DNA of 36,264 nucleotides, from positions 1 through 36,264 of IMG/VR virus record IMGVR_UViG_3300005805_000229, one strand, 5' to 3'. Made by a program: the position numbers and the translations under genes. The notes beneath the pieces are model-generated. The model saw only the letters and a program-made list of their open reading frames with translations. It ran no database searches and had not been told where the DNA came from. Source of the DNA: a virus (Duplodnaviria; Caudoviricetes). This document shows positions 15,930 through 24,911 of this stretch, piece after piece; position 1 is the stretch's first letter; each line of letters starts with the position of its first letter.

Positions 15930-16011
15930 AGCCGCACAAAGCGTAGTTTGGTTTGTTGTATTTATCTTTGTAGTAATTGGTATTGGTATTTACTTAGGAA
16001 AGGACGAATGA
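15916..16011 (+). CDS. 31-aa single-transmembrane peptide
   Basis: SD GGAGG, then MPAHEAAQSVVWFVVFIFVVIGIGIYLGKDE. Fills the gap exactly up to the ATG at 16013. Confidence 0.6.
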   Translation: MPAHEAAQSVVWFVVFIFVVIGIGIYLGKDE

Positions 16012-16012
16012 T

Positions 16013-16435
16013 ATGGGCTACCGATCTGCTGTTGCCATACTCATGTATGGCGAGAAACGAGAGTGTCAGATGGTGCTGGATTTGTTTATGCAAAGTACGC
16101 TGCCTGATGAAGACAAAGAGTTTTTTAATCGACACAAACAGGAGAAGACGCAAGGGCAGGTGCATTACGTATTCTGGTCGTTCGATAACGTCGAGTGGTG
16201 CGGCGAACTACATACGGTGAAGAACAATCTGTTTAACTTCGTTGAACAGATTGAAGACGCCAACGATGTGGGCGATCCGGCTGACCGCGAATCCCTAGCC
16301 ATCGAGTTTGTCCGCATGGGGGAAGACCCTAACGACAACGATCGGGAGGCTACCGAGCGCAACGTGTTTTGGCTGGATATCAAGCGGGTAATTGGCTATC
16401 CAGACGAGCTTTTTGACTGGTCTCCTTCCCAATAG
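16013..16435 (+). CDS. Conserved acidic phage protein (MGYRS-type)
   Basis: 140 aa; MGYRSAVAI start and EFVRMGED motif. Confidence 0.75.
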   Translation: MGYRSAVAILMYGEKRECQMVLDLFMQSTLPDEDKEFFNRHKQEKTQGQVHYVFWSFDNVEWCGELHTVKNNLFNFVEQIEDANDVGDPADRESLAIEFVRMGEDPNDNDREATERNVFWLDIKRVIGYPDELFDWSPSQ

Positions 16436-16468
16436 TAAGTTTACAGGAGTAAAATAGCTGGAAAAAGC

Positions 16469-16505
16469 TTGTCAAACTTTTGACAGGGCTGTAAAATCTT
16501 TTACA
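16469..16505 (+). promoter_or_regulatory. Sigma70 promoter overlapped by two family A operators
   Basis: TTGTCA (16469-74), N17, TAAAAT (16492-97). Palindromes TGTCAAA-CT-TTTGACA (16470-85) and TGTAAAA-TC-TTTTACA (16490-505). Confidence 0.75.
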
Positions 16506-16536
16506 TAAAGCGTTAATAAAAAGGAGCATACAAACT

Positions 16537-17667
16537 ATGAATACATCTGACTTTCTTTCGCACAAACAAGTTGTTAGCTTGATCAAAGCTGTTGGTCCAA
16601 AGCGCACGGTTCTGATCATGGGTGAGAACGGCATCGGCAAAACGGCTGTGTGGCACACACTAGCCAGAGATCCTGACTTCGATGGGCATATCAAGATCAA
16701 GCCGATTGATTCAACTCAACTGTCTGATGGCTCGCTGTTCATGCCTGATCTTGACCGTGAGAACGGCGTATCAACTGAGCTACCCAACGCCCGTCTTGGC
16801 CTTTCAAAGCACAACCAGCTAGGCGTAAACGGTTCGCGGCCTGTGCTGGGTATGTTCGATGAGATCGCCAAGGTTCCGCAGTATGTCAAGAACATGATCG
16901 CTCCGATCCTCTACGAGCGCCGCGCTGGCACGCTGGGTATGCCTGAAGGTTCTGTGTGGTTTGCTGGCACGAACCTGTCTGTTGAGGGGCTGGGCGACAT
17001 ACTGCAGGCCCATCTGCGTAACAGACTAATCGTTGTCAAGATGCGTAAGGCCACGCTAGTTGAATGGCTTAATGAGTTTGCCATTCCGTTCCGCTTAAAC
17101 CCAATCATGCTGGCGTGTGTGCAGGAGTATCCGATGGTCTTTGATTCGTTCTTGGACTACGAGAAGGGTGGCAAGCACGAGAACAAAGACTTAGCCAAAG
17201 ATAACCCCAGCATCTTCAACCCACGCATCGTGCAGGATGCTTACGCCTCACCGCGCTCAATGCATGCGGCCTCGGACATTCTTGATGTGATGGACAAGCT
17301 GGATGCAGAGACTTTGCAGAAAGCGTTGGAGGGCACAGTCGGTAAACCTTTTGCTTCGATACTGAACTCATACATTCGCTTTGGGCAACAAGTTCCCCCT
17401 ATCAACACTATTCTTGCCAACCCCACAACCGCGCCAATACCAAGCAACAAGATCGCACAACAGGTTCAAGTGTTTCAGTTCATCACTCGCACAGAGAACC
17501 GCGATGATGCGCAAGCGTTTACACAATATGTGATGCGTCTGCAACCTGAGATGCAAGCGCTCTTTCTTCGCCGTATCACCGAGTCTGATCGTATCGGTCC
17601 GTTTAGTTCTGTTGATGAGTTTGGGCAAATGCTTGCCGACAATCGTATTTACTACAGAGTCCAATAA
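16537..17667 (+). CDS. MoxR-like AAA+ ATPase
   Basis: Walker A GENGIGKT, Walker B GMFDE, arginine finger HLRNR, sensor-2 SPRS. Confidence 0.85.
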   Translation: MNTSDFLSHKQVVSLIKAVGPKRTVLIMGENGIGKTAVWHTLARDPDFDGHIKIKPIDSTQLSDGSLFMPDLDRENGVSTELPNARLGLSKHNQLGVNGSRPVLGMFDEIAKVPQYVKNMIAPILYERRAGTLGMPEGSVWFAGTNLSVEGLGDILQAHLRNRLIVVKMRKATLVEWLNEFAIPFRLNPIMLACVQEYPMVFDSFLDYEKGGKHENKDLAKDNPSIFNPRIVQDAYASPRSMHAASDILDVMDKLDAETLQKALEGTVGKPFASILNSYIRFGQQVPPINTILANPTTAPIPSNKIAQQVQVFQFITRTENRDDAQAFTQYVMRLQPEMQALFLRRITESDRIGPFSSVDEFGQMLADNRIYYRVQ

Positions 17668-17684
17668 ATAAAAAGGAGGCTGAC

Positions 17685-18863
17685 ATGAAGCACTCTACAT
17701 GGGACAGCATGACGCTTGAACAGCGCGTGCGTGCGGTCAACATCGACATTATGAACCACAGCAATTTTTGCACGCTGACTGGTCTGGTCACAATGGGCGA
17801 CATACATTTTATTGATGGCATGCCCACCGCAGGAACCAACGGTCTTGATGTGTTTTATGGCTGTGAGTTTTTGGCAAGACAAAACCGCAAGCAAGTGCGA
17901 TTTGTTCAACTGCACGAGTCATTGCACAAAGCCCTGCGTCATTGTTCTGACTACAAAGATGTCGTTGCTAAATATCCAGAGCTATCCAACATGGCGATGG
18001 ACTATGTGGTCAACGGGTTGATTGAGCAGACTGATCCTGAGCACAAGTTTATAGAATACACAACTGATCCTGAGCCGTTGCTTGATCCCAAGTATTACAA
18101 CCGTTCGTTTGTAGATGTGTTGCAAGACTTACTGAAGAACCCCCCGCCTCAGAGTCAGAAAGAAAGCATGACTCTTGATGAGCACTACGGCACTCCCGAA
18201 GAAGTCGATCCGCAAGAATTGGAACAGCAGATTCAAGACGCGCTCAATCATGGCGACATGGTGCAGAAGCGTATGCAGGCAGGTATTGACAGTAAAAACA
18301 GCCCTCTGTCTGGTCTTGGTGTCAAGCGTGATACGGATTGGCGTAATGCCCTGCGTGAGTTCATCGAACAGATTGTGACGGGTGACGAGTATTCTCGTTA
18401 TAACCCTCCCAATCGCCGCTTCTTGGCGCACGACATCCTCATGCCCACTCACTTTGATATTGCTATGGGTGAGTTGATGATTGCCTGCGATACATCCGGC
18501 TCAATGGAAAGTGTTTACCCAATCGTGTTTGGTGAGATCGCCAACATCTGCAAGCAAGCCAACCCTGACAAAGTGCGCGTTGTTTGGTGGGATACACAAG
18601 TTTGCGATGAGCAAGTGTTTGAGCGTGGGCAGTTCGAGCAGATCGCTGACTTACTCAAACCCGCTGGCGGTGGTGGCACTTCACCGCAATGTGTTGCGGA
18701 CTATATTCAAATCAAGAATTACAAACCGACTGCTGTCATCTGGCTGACCGATGGTTACTTGGATGCTTGCCCCACAGCGGTTTGCAGTAACGAACTCTGG
18801 GGCGTTGTTAATAACGATCACTTTAAACCCGCGCATGGCAAAGTCCTGCGCATTCATTCATAA
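17685..18863 (+). CDS. Metallopeptidase plus vWA domain protein (DUF2201-like)
   Basis: TAGTNG, LHESLH (HExxH), NMAMDYVVN; MIDAS CDTSGS, GGGGT and WLTDGY. Confidence 0.85.
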   Translation: MKHSTWDSMTLEQRVRAVNIDIMNHSNFCTLTGLVTMGDIHFIDGMPTAGTNGLDVFYGCEFLARQNRKQVRFVQLHESLHKALRHCSDYKDVVAKYPELSNMAMDYVVNGLIEQTDPEHKFIEYTTDPEPLLDPKYYNRSFVDVLQDLLKNPPPQSQKESMTLDEHYGTPEEVDPQELEQQIQDALNHGDMVQKRMQAGIDSKNSPLSGLGVKRDTDWRNALREFIEQIVTGDEYSRYNPPNRRFLAHDILMPTHFDIAMGELMIACDTSGSMESVYPIVFGEIANICKQANPDKVRVVWWDTQVCDEQVFERGQFEQIADLLKPAGGGGTSPQCVADYIQIKNYKPTAVIWLTDGYLDACPTAVCSNELWGVVNNDHFKPAHGKVLRIHS

Positions 18864-18875
18864 GGAGTAGCAAAC

Positions 18876-19352
18876 ATGCCATACATATCTGACCCCAATG
18901 ATTTTCTGTTTGACGATGAAGTAAACGAAATTGAAGTTCAACCGAAAAAAGGAAAACAAATGAAAACAAAACCAAGTTTTCACGCAGTCCATAAAAAAGC
19001 AATTGATGATGCTGTCGCTCGTCTGATGGCGGTTAGCTGTGCGTTTAAGATCATTACGCCTCTTGATGAAGAAATCTTTTACGATCCTGATAACAAGATG
19101 GGCAAACCCAAGAAGCGCACAAGGCGCGATGAAGGTTCTTACGAATACGGTGATCTGAAGAAACACTACGCACCTTACATTGAGAATGTTGCCGTTGGTC
19201 AAGTGGTAGAAGTTCCATACACTGATGACTTACCCTACGCTGCACTTCAAAGCAGCATGTCGGCTTACCTATCAAATGTGTGGGGCAAAGGAACCTATAC
19301 CACGGTGACGAACAAGAAAACAAAAAAGATTGAGTTACTACGCTTAGCCTAA
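18876..19352 (+). CDS. Hypothetical protein
   Basis: 158 aa; SD AAGGAG; a second in-frame ATG at 18960 has AAGGA upstream. Confidence 0.7.
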   Translation: MPYISDPNDFLFDDEVNEIEVQPKKGKQMKTKPSFHAVHKKAIDDAVARLMAVSCAFKIITPLDEEIFYDPDNKMGKPKKRTRRDEGSYEYGDLKKHYAPYIENVAVGQVVEVPYTDDLPYAALQSSMSAYLSNVWGKGTYTTVTNKKTKKIELLRLA

Positions 19353-19371
19353 ATAAGAAAGGAGCATACAC

Positions 19372-20244
19372 ATGAACCGATATAACATTGATTCTTGCGC
19401 ACTACTCGTTGAGTTCAACGCAAGCGTATGGACAGCACGAAAGCTGGACAGAAGTGCAACCGACGAGGTTGTGATTAACAAACGGGCAACAGCGAAAGAT
19501 GCGGCTCGTGTCAACAAACACTTGCTTGCTGGCCGCGTTGAGTTGGATGTGATTCAAAAGCATGTCAACGCTGTGCGCACTTATGTCTATGAGAACACTC
19601 TGCCTTGGTCTGACACAGGTATTCGCCTGTTGCCGACTGCGAAGTTCTTGGAGTTCAATGACCGCATGGGTAACCTTGAGACCGAGTTTGTAGATCTGGT
19701 CAACGACTTTGTTCAGGTGTATCCGTCATTGATCACGGCACAAGCCATGGCTCTTGGTGATATGTTTGACAGAAACGAGTATCCGTCTGCTGGTGAGATG
19801 GCGCACAAGTTCTCATTCCGTCTTAACTACATGCCCGTGCCCAAGGCTGGCGACTTCCGTGTGGATGTTGGCAACGAAGCACAGGAAGAACTGCAGAAGA
19901 AGCTGGCGAAGTTAGCTGACGAGCGTGTCGAGTTTGCTATGAAGGATGCGCGAGATCGTCTGAAGTCGCACTTGGAGCGCATGATGGAGCGCCTGAAGGT
20001 AGAGGAGATCAATGGCAAAGTGCAGAAGTCTCGCATCCATGACACGCTCATCGAAGGTGGGCTGGAGTTGTGCGATGCACTCGTGGCCCTGAACCTGACC
20101 GGAGATCCCGCTTTGGAGGCGGCTCGTGCCAAGCTGGAGAGCGTCTTGCGTTCGGTTGATGTCGATGATTTGCGTAAGCATGATGGCGCTCGCACGGAAG
20201 TTCGGACTCAGGTTGCTGAGATCATGGATAAGTTTAACTTCTAA
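19372..20244 (+). CDS. DUF3150-like helical protein
   Basis: 290 aa with VWTARKLD, TLPWSDTGIRLLP and EYPSA motifs; the usual neighbour of AAA plus DUF2201 genes. Family name is from recall. Confidence 0.6.
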   Translation: MNRYNIDSCALLVEFNASVWTARKLDRSATDEVVINKRATAKDAARVNKHLLAGRVELDVIQKHVNAVRTYVYENTLPWSDTGIRLLPTAKFLEFNDRMGNLETEFVDLVNDFVQVYPSLITAQAMALGDMFDRNEYPSAGEMAHKFSFRLNYMPVPKAGDFRVDVGNEAQEELQKKLAKLADERVEFAMKDARDRLKSHLERMMERLKVEEINGKVQKSRIHDTLIEGGLELCDALVALNLTGDPALEAARAKLESVLRSVDVDDLRKHDGARTEVRTQVAEIMDKFNF

Positions 20245-20254
20245 AGGATAAGTC

Positions 20255-20557
20255 ATGAGACCGCTACGCGTATTAAGTTTTCAACGAGATCACGAGATGG
20301 ACTTTGTGGCTGACTGCGTGCTGGATTTACTGAGTGATTACCCCAAGGCTACACCCACACAGACCATCGTTGACGAGTGTAACAAGGACAAGGTATCTTC
20401 ACCAGCAACCACGCACAAGAAGCTGAACATGCTTAAAAAACTTGGGCTTGTGGATGTGATCGCTCACCCCAACGACAAGGATGGCCGCAAATGCTACATC
20501 AAGGTAAGCCCCAAAGGCATGGACTATCTAACCAAGTGGGAGGGCGCCAGCAAATGA
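20255..20557 (+). CDS. MarR-like winged-helix DNA-binding protein
   Basis: SPATTHKKLNMLKKLGLV, DKDGRKCYIKVSPKG. Confidence 0.7.
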   Translation: MRPLRVLSFQRDHEMDFVADCVLDLLSDYPKATPTQTIVDECNKDKVSSPATTHKKLNMLKKLGLVDVIAHPNDKDGRKCYIKVSPKGMDYLTKWEGASK

Positions 20558-20757
20558 AAGACCTAATCGACTTCAAGAAACTATGGGCGTGGTGCGTAGA
20601 GCGTTGGCGCACTTCGTTCGGGTGTGTGGTGCTTGCGATTGTTGCTTTCTTGTTGGGCACTGCATGGGAATCTAAATCTATAACCGAGGACTGCCGCTTC
20701 ATGGGAGCGTTCCGTGATGGGGCACAAGCCTATAACTGCCAGCCGAGAGTGCGATGA
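20554..20757 (+). CDS. Small membrane protein
   Basis: Start at 20554 by ATGA overlap; hydrophobic segment FGCVVLAIVAFLLG; 67 aa. Confidence 0.65.
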   Translation: MKDLIDFKKLWAWCVERWRTSFGCVVLAIVAFLLGTAWESKSITEDCRFMGAFRDGAQAYNCQPRVR

Positions 20758-21029
20758 ATAATCAAACAATGAAGTGGTTTCCCACACCAATCAAAACCGA
20801 GTGGGGCGAGGGTATGGTTATGTCGGATTTAGCGATTGATAACGACCACACCGTGTCCATTTATTGCGAAGCTGATCAGACCAAAAAGGTTGAAGCCATG
20901 TTTAAGCGTGAATGGGTTGGGCTGACGGATGAGGAAATAGATGCCGCTGTGAAGTCATGTAATACGGTAGATACCTACAAGTATTTTCGTGCTATCGAAG
21001 CCAAACTAAAGGAGAAGAACTGTGGCTAA
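20754..21029 (+). CDS. Hypothetical protein (EWVGLTDEE motif)
   Basis: 91 aa, ATGA-coupled; REWVGLTDEEI...RAIEAKLKEKN module common in small phage ORFs. Confidence 0.7.
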   Translation: MNNQTMKWFPTPIKTEWGEGMVMSDLAIDNDHTVSIYCEADQTKKVEAMFKREWVGLTDEEIDAAVKSCNTVDTYKYFRAIEAKLKEKNCG

Positions 21030-21264
21030 AGGACTATGGGACGACATACCGCTTAAAAACATTGACCGTGACAAAGCATGGGAAGCGCTCATCAAGCGCA
21101 AGGATGTGAAGGCTTTGTTTGAAATGCACCATGACCCTGAGTTTAAGTTTCCTCTCGGTGGCGGTTATCACGACCTTTGGTGTCTGTGTTGGCATCGGGC
21201 TTGGACCAAAGGGTATGAGGCTGGAGCCAAATGTAATTTGGAGGATAACCAAGATGACGATTGA
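21022..21264 (+). CDS. Hypothetical protein
   Basis: 80 aa; GTG start after AAGGAG. Confidence 0.65.
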   Translation: MAKGLWDDIPLKNIDRDKAWEALIKRKDVKALFEMHHDPEFKFPLGGGYHDLWCLCWHRAWTKGYEAGAKCNLEDNQDDD

Positions 21265-21469
21265 AGAAGCATGGCTGATGTGGATGAAGACCACTCGCAA
21301 GACTAGCGAACCAGCGACCATCGAAGATTTTGAAGTTATTAAGAAGACTTCTTGGTGGGCCGCTTTTGAGGCTGGATGGAATGCCGCTAATTGCAACAAT
21401 GATGTTTGGGATCAGGCATACAAAATGGGTCTTGAGGCTGGAAAAGAAATAGCAAAGGAGAACACATGA
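21254..21469 (+). CDS. Hypothetical protein
   Basis: Likely start at 21254 (MTIEEAW) after GGAGG; 71 aa with WAAFEAGW. Confidence 0.65.
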   Translation: MTIEEAWLMWMKTTRKTSEPATIEDFEVIKKTSWWAAFEAGWNAANCNNDVWDQAYKMGLEAGKEIAKENT

Positions 21470-21675
21470 AGATTGTCTTTTGGGCTTTCATTATTGCATT
21501 AGTATTTTTGTTTATGGATTACAAAGTTGATAAGGCTCATGCCGAGGGGTTCAAGGTTGGCATGAACTACGCCTTAAAGTCTGACCCGCCGAGCGAAGAA
21601 CTTGAGATGCGCTGTGCTGGTCTGTGGGTTGGCAAGCAAAATCAAAAAATGTGGAACAAACAAAATGCCCGTTAA
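21466..21675 (+). CDS. Small membrane-anchored protein
   Basis: 69 aa; N-terminal hydrophobic helix; SD AAGGAG. Confidence 0.7.
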   Translation: MKIVFWAFIIALVFLFMDYKVDKAHAEGFKVGMNYALKSDPPSEELEMRCAGLWVGKQNQKMWNKQNAR

Positions 21676-21868
21676 GATACCGCCAGAATATGAAAAAGCG
21701 TGGAATTATCTATGCAGTCGCAAGACCCCCGCTACCGTAAAGCAAGTAAGAAAAGTATTGTTAATAAGTGAAACCCATGCAAGACGAGCACTAGATTACT
21801 TTGTGTTTGCTGAAATTGCTGATAGGTTTGATAAAAACAGCGTTAGATTTTATAAGGTGAAAGAATGA
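21665..21868 (+). CDS. Small putative winged-helix protein
   Basis: Likely start at 21665 (MPVKIPPEY); ATVKQVRKVLLISETHARRALDYF is HTH-like. Confidence 0.55.
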   Translation: MPVKIPPEYEKAWNYLCSRKTPATVKQVRKVLLISETHARRALDYFVFAEIADRFDKNSVRFYKVKE

Positions 21869-22101
21869 AGAAGTGGTGCAAGTCATGTCAGTCCGCTAAT
21901 CCTGAGCGCGAGGGAGGAATTGCTTATGCCGCAGATGGTGCAAGTTTGTATTGGATATGCCACGCCTGCACACGCCATGCCAAGGTTTCAGGTGGCGGAC
22001 GAGTGCGGTCCCTTGAGGACATTCTGGACGAGGGAGGAGGCGCAGCGGTGGATGCAGCCTTGGATGCAGTTAACCGAACTTCCAAAGCCAAAGCGCGTTA
22101 A
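21865..22101 (+). CDS. Small zinc-ribbon protein
   Basis: ATGA-coupled start with SD AAGGTG; CKSC...CHAC. Confidence 0.5.
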   Translation: MKKWCKSCQSANPEREGGIAYAADGASLYWICHACTRHAKVSGGGRVRSLEDILDEGGGAAVDAALDAVNRTSKAKAR

Positions 22102-22135
22102 GCAATACATTGAGTGCGAGGAGGCACTGCTATGA
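21977..22135 (+). CDS. Small hypothetical protein overlapping the previous ORF in another frame
   Basis: MPRFQVADECGPLRTFWTREEAQRWM...EEALL; its stop is ATGA-coupled to the VRR-NUC start. Confidence 0.45.
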   Translation: MPRFQVADECGPLRTFWTREEAQRWMQPWMQLTELPKPKRVKQYIECEEALL

Positions 22136-22422
22136 CACCTGAAGGAAAAGTAAAAAAGAAAGTAGCTGAGTTGTTGAAGAAGTATGGGGCTTATTACTTT
22201 TTCCCCGCGATGGGTGCATTTGGCAGGGCTGGTGTGCCTGATATTGTAGGTTGCTACCGAGGAGTGTTTTTCGCTGTTGAATGCAAAGCTGGCAAAGGCA
22301 AAACCACAGCGATCCAAGAAGCTGAGATTGAAAAGATTCAAAAAGCAAAAGGCCACGCATTTGTAATCAACGAGTCCAACATGGACTTACTAGAAACATA
22401 TTTGAAGGAGCACTATGACTGA
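22132..22422 (+). CDS. VRR-NUC domain nuclease (Holliday junction resolvase-like)
   Basis: MTPEGKVK start after GGAGG; GVPD, AVECKA and TAIQ form the PD-(D/E)xK pattern. Confidence 0.85.
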   Translation: MTPEGKVKKKVAELLKKYGAYYFFPAMGAFGRAGVPDIVGCYRGVFFAVECKAGKGKTTAIQEAEIEKIQKAKGHAFVINESNMDLLETYLKEHYD

Positions 22423-22654
22423 CACCGAAAAACAAAAGGCGCTTGATCGTGCCAAAGAAATGTTTGATTCGTTTGATGTCGATAACGAGCAGCATTCAGC
22501 CATCATCATTATGTACGACAAAGAAGCCAGCAATTTTAAAATGCTGACAGTTAATACAACACCCATGACTGCAGCGCTACTGTTAACAAACGCATACGAG
22601 TCAGTGCTTGATGGCGTGAAAGATATGTTGGACACCGATAGGACATTAAATTGA
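22415..22654 (+). CDS. Hypothetical protein
   Basis: 79 aa; SD AAGGAG; overlaps both neighbours. Confidence 0.7.
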   Translation: MTDTEKQKALDRAKEMFDSFDVDNEQHSAIIIMYDKEASNFKMLTVNTTPMTAALLLTNAYESVLDGVKDMLDTDRTLN

Positions 22655-24612
22655 GCGCACCTTACAAACACTTACTCGTCATCGACTTTGAAACACGCTG
22701 GGATAAAAAAGAATACACGCTGTCCAAGCTGACGACAGAACAATACATTCGTGACCCACGCTTCAAAGCGTTCGGCTGCTGTGTCAAAACTTATGATGTG
22801 CCCGGCGTTGTGTGGGTGACCCATGCTGATCTGCCTGACTTCTTCAATACAGTTAACTGGAGCGAGACCGCTGTGCTTGCGCACAATGCGCAGTTCGATG
22901 TGGCGATCCTGTCATGGGTGTACGGAGCCAAGCCTGCGTTCATATTCGACTCGCTCTCCATGGCGCGGGCGTTGCGTGGGGTGGAGGCGGGCAACAGTCT
23001 GGCAAAGCTTGCCGCTGAGTTTGGTCTGCCGCCCAAAGGAAATGCTGTGAATAGCTCTGACGGATTGACGGAGCTGCCCGAGGAAGTTGAGATGGAGTTA
23101 GCTGAATACTGTAAGCACGACACCATCTTGTGTGAGGAAGTGTTCAAGCGTCTGATCGGGGACTACCCCGTCAAAGAGTTACGGCTGATTGACCTTACGC
23201 TAAAGATGTTTATCAGTCCTGTATTAGAACTAGACAAGGAGATGCTGCGTGAAGCAATTGTGGAGGAAAGCGCTAAGCGAACGGAACTTCTTAGCCGCCT
23301 TGGCGTGGAGGAAACAACCTTGGCAAGCAACGATAAATTTGCTGAGTTGTTATCAGGAATGGGTATTGCGCCCCCTATCAAAATCAGTAAAACAACGGGC
23401 AAAGAAGCATTTGCGCTTGCAAAGAATGATGCTCACTTCCAAGCGTTACTTAACTCCGACAACGAAGATGTGGCGCTCCTGTGCGAAGCGAGGCTTGCCG
23501 TTAAGTCCACGTTGGAGAGAACCCGGGCGCAGCGCTTCCTTGATATTTCAGAGCGCGGTAGGCTTCCGGTTCCCCTCAATTACTACGGGGCGCACACAGG
23601 TCGTTGGTCGGCGTCGAAAGGCTCTGGTCTTAACTTACAGAACCTTAAGCGCGGTTCATTCCTTCGCAAGTCGATACAGGCACCAGCAGGGTATTCGCTC
23701 GTTGTCTGTGATCTGGCCCAGATCGAACCGCGAGTACTAGCATGGCTGGCTGATTACACAGAGTTGTTGGAGATATTCAAGTCAGGGCAGGATGCGTACG
23801 CTCAGTTCGGTGCGCAGATGTTCGGCATACCGGGGCTTACAAAGGAGTCGCACCCTGACTTAAGACAATCGGCTAAGTCTGCCCTGTTGGGTTGCGGCTA
23901 TGGTCTTGGCTGGGCATCGTTCGCCGCGCAGTTGTTGACAGGCTTTCTTGGTGCGCCGCCAACTCGGTACGACAAAGCGTTTGCCAAGCAGTTGGGTGTG
24001 TCGGCTGAGTTTGTTAACGAGTTTATTTCGTATCAGCCATTCTTGACCCGCATGAAAGACATCCCGCACACTTGCACGGACTCCGAACTCATAGTGCATT
24101 GTGTATCGGCTAAAAAGATTATTGATAAATATCGTGATGCCGCACAGCCTGTTAAAACATTCTGGGACATGTGCGACTCGCTCATCAAGCGCAGCCTGAA
24201 CGAAGGCATAACTTACACGCACAAATGTTTGGTGTTCACAAAAGAAAAGATTATCTTGCCAAGCGGCTTGGCTTTGCGTTATCCTAACCTGACTGGAGAG
24301 CCTGATGAAAAAGGGCGACTGCAGTGGTCGTACGGTGATGATAAGAAGAAGTTGTACGGCGGGAAGCTGACTGAAAACATTGTTCAGGCAGTGGCTCGTT
24401 GCGTTATGACAGACGGTATGTTGCGGATACAGAAGCGTTATCCCTGTGTGCTGACTGTCCACGATGAAGTAGCTGCGCTAGTCCCTGAGTCGGAAGCTGA
24501 AGAAGCTGAAAACTGGGTCTTGGCGCAGATGACTATGGTTCCCAAGTACATGCCGGGGATTCCATTAGCGGCAGAAGCAGGGCATGCGAAACGATATGGA
24601 GATGCAAAGTGA
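22651..24612 (+). CDS. polA: DNA polymerase family A with 3'-5' exonuclease domain
   Basis: ExoI IDFET, ExoII HNAQFD, ExoIII YCKHD; TGRWS; motif A DLAQIEPR, motif B RQSAKSALLGCGYG, motif C VHDE. Confidence 0.95.
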   Translation: MSAPYKHLLVIDFETRWDKKEYTLSKLTTEQYIRDPRFKAFGCCVKTYDVPGVVWVTHADLPDFFNTVNWSETAVLAHNAQFDVAILSWVYGAKPAFIFDSLSMARALRGVEAGNSLAKLAAEFGLPPKGNAVNSSDGLTELPEEVEMELAEYCKHDTILCEEVFKRLIGDYPVKELRLIDLTLKMFISPVLELDKEMLREAIVEESAKRTELLSRLGVEETTLASNDKFAELLSGMGIAPPIKISKTTGKEAFALAKNDAHFQALLNSDNEDVALLCEARLAVKSTLERTRAQRFLDISERGRLPVPLNYYGAHTGRWSASKGSGLNLQNLKRGSFLRKSIQAPAGYSLVVCDLAQIEPRVLAWLADYTELLEIFKSGQDAYAQFGAQMFGIPGLTKESHPDLRQSAKSALLGCGYGLGWASFAAQLLTGFLGAPPTRYDKAFAKQLGVSAEFVNEFISYQPFLTRMKDIPHTCTDSELIVHCVSAKKIIDKYRDAAQPVKTFWDMCDSLIKRSLNEGITYTHKCLVFTKEKIILPSGLALRYPNLTGEPDEKGRLQWSYGDDKKKLYGGKLTENIVQAVARCVMTDGMLRIQKRYPCVLTVHDEVAALVPESEAEEAENWVLAQMTMVPKYMPGIPLAAEAGHAKRYGDAK

Positions 24613-24911
24613 AGATCCCAACAAGGATAAAGGTCGGTAAAACTTGGTACGACGTAAGCACCGTCAAGCACATGCAGAAACAAGGCGTAGTAGGCGGCAC
24701 TTGGTACAAAGAAAAGTTAATTGAAGTGGCTACACACAGCAACGTGCGTGGCGTACGGTTCAAGAAAGAAGATGTGTACGACACGTTCTGGCACGAGTTG
24801 ACTCATGCCATACTGAAAGACATGGGCAGTAAGCTCGAAGCTGACGAGAAGTTTGTAACAGCGTTCTCGGAAAAACTAACCAAAGCAATTATCTCAGCGA
24901 GGTTTGATTGA
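24609..24911 (+). CDS. Small zincin-like metallopeptidase-fold protein
   Basis: TFWHELTHAIL (HExxH) and downstream DEKFV; GTGA overlap with the polymerase stop. Confidence 0.75.
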   Translation: MKIPTRIKVGKTWYDVSTVKHMQKQGVVGGTWYKEKLIEVATHSNVRGVRFKKEDVYDTFWHELTHAILKDMGSKLEADEKFVTAFSEKLTKAIISARFD

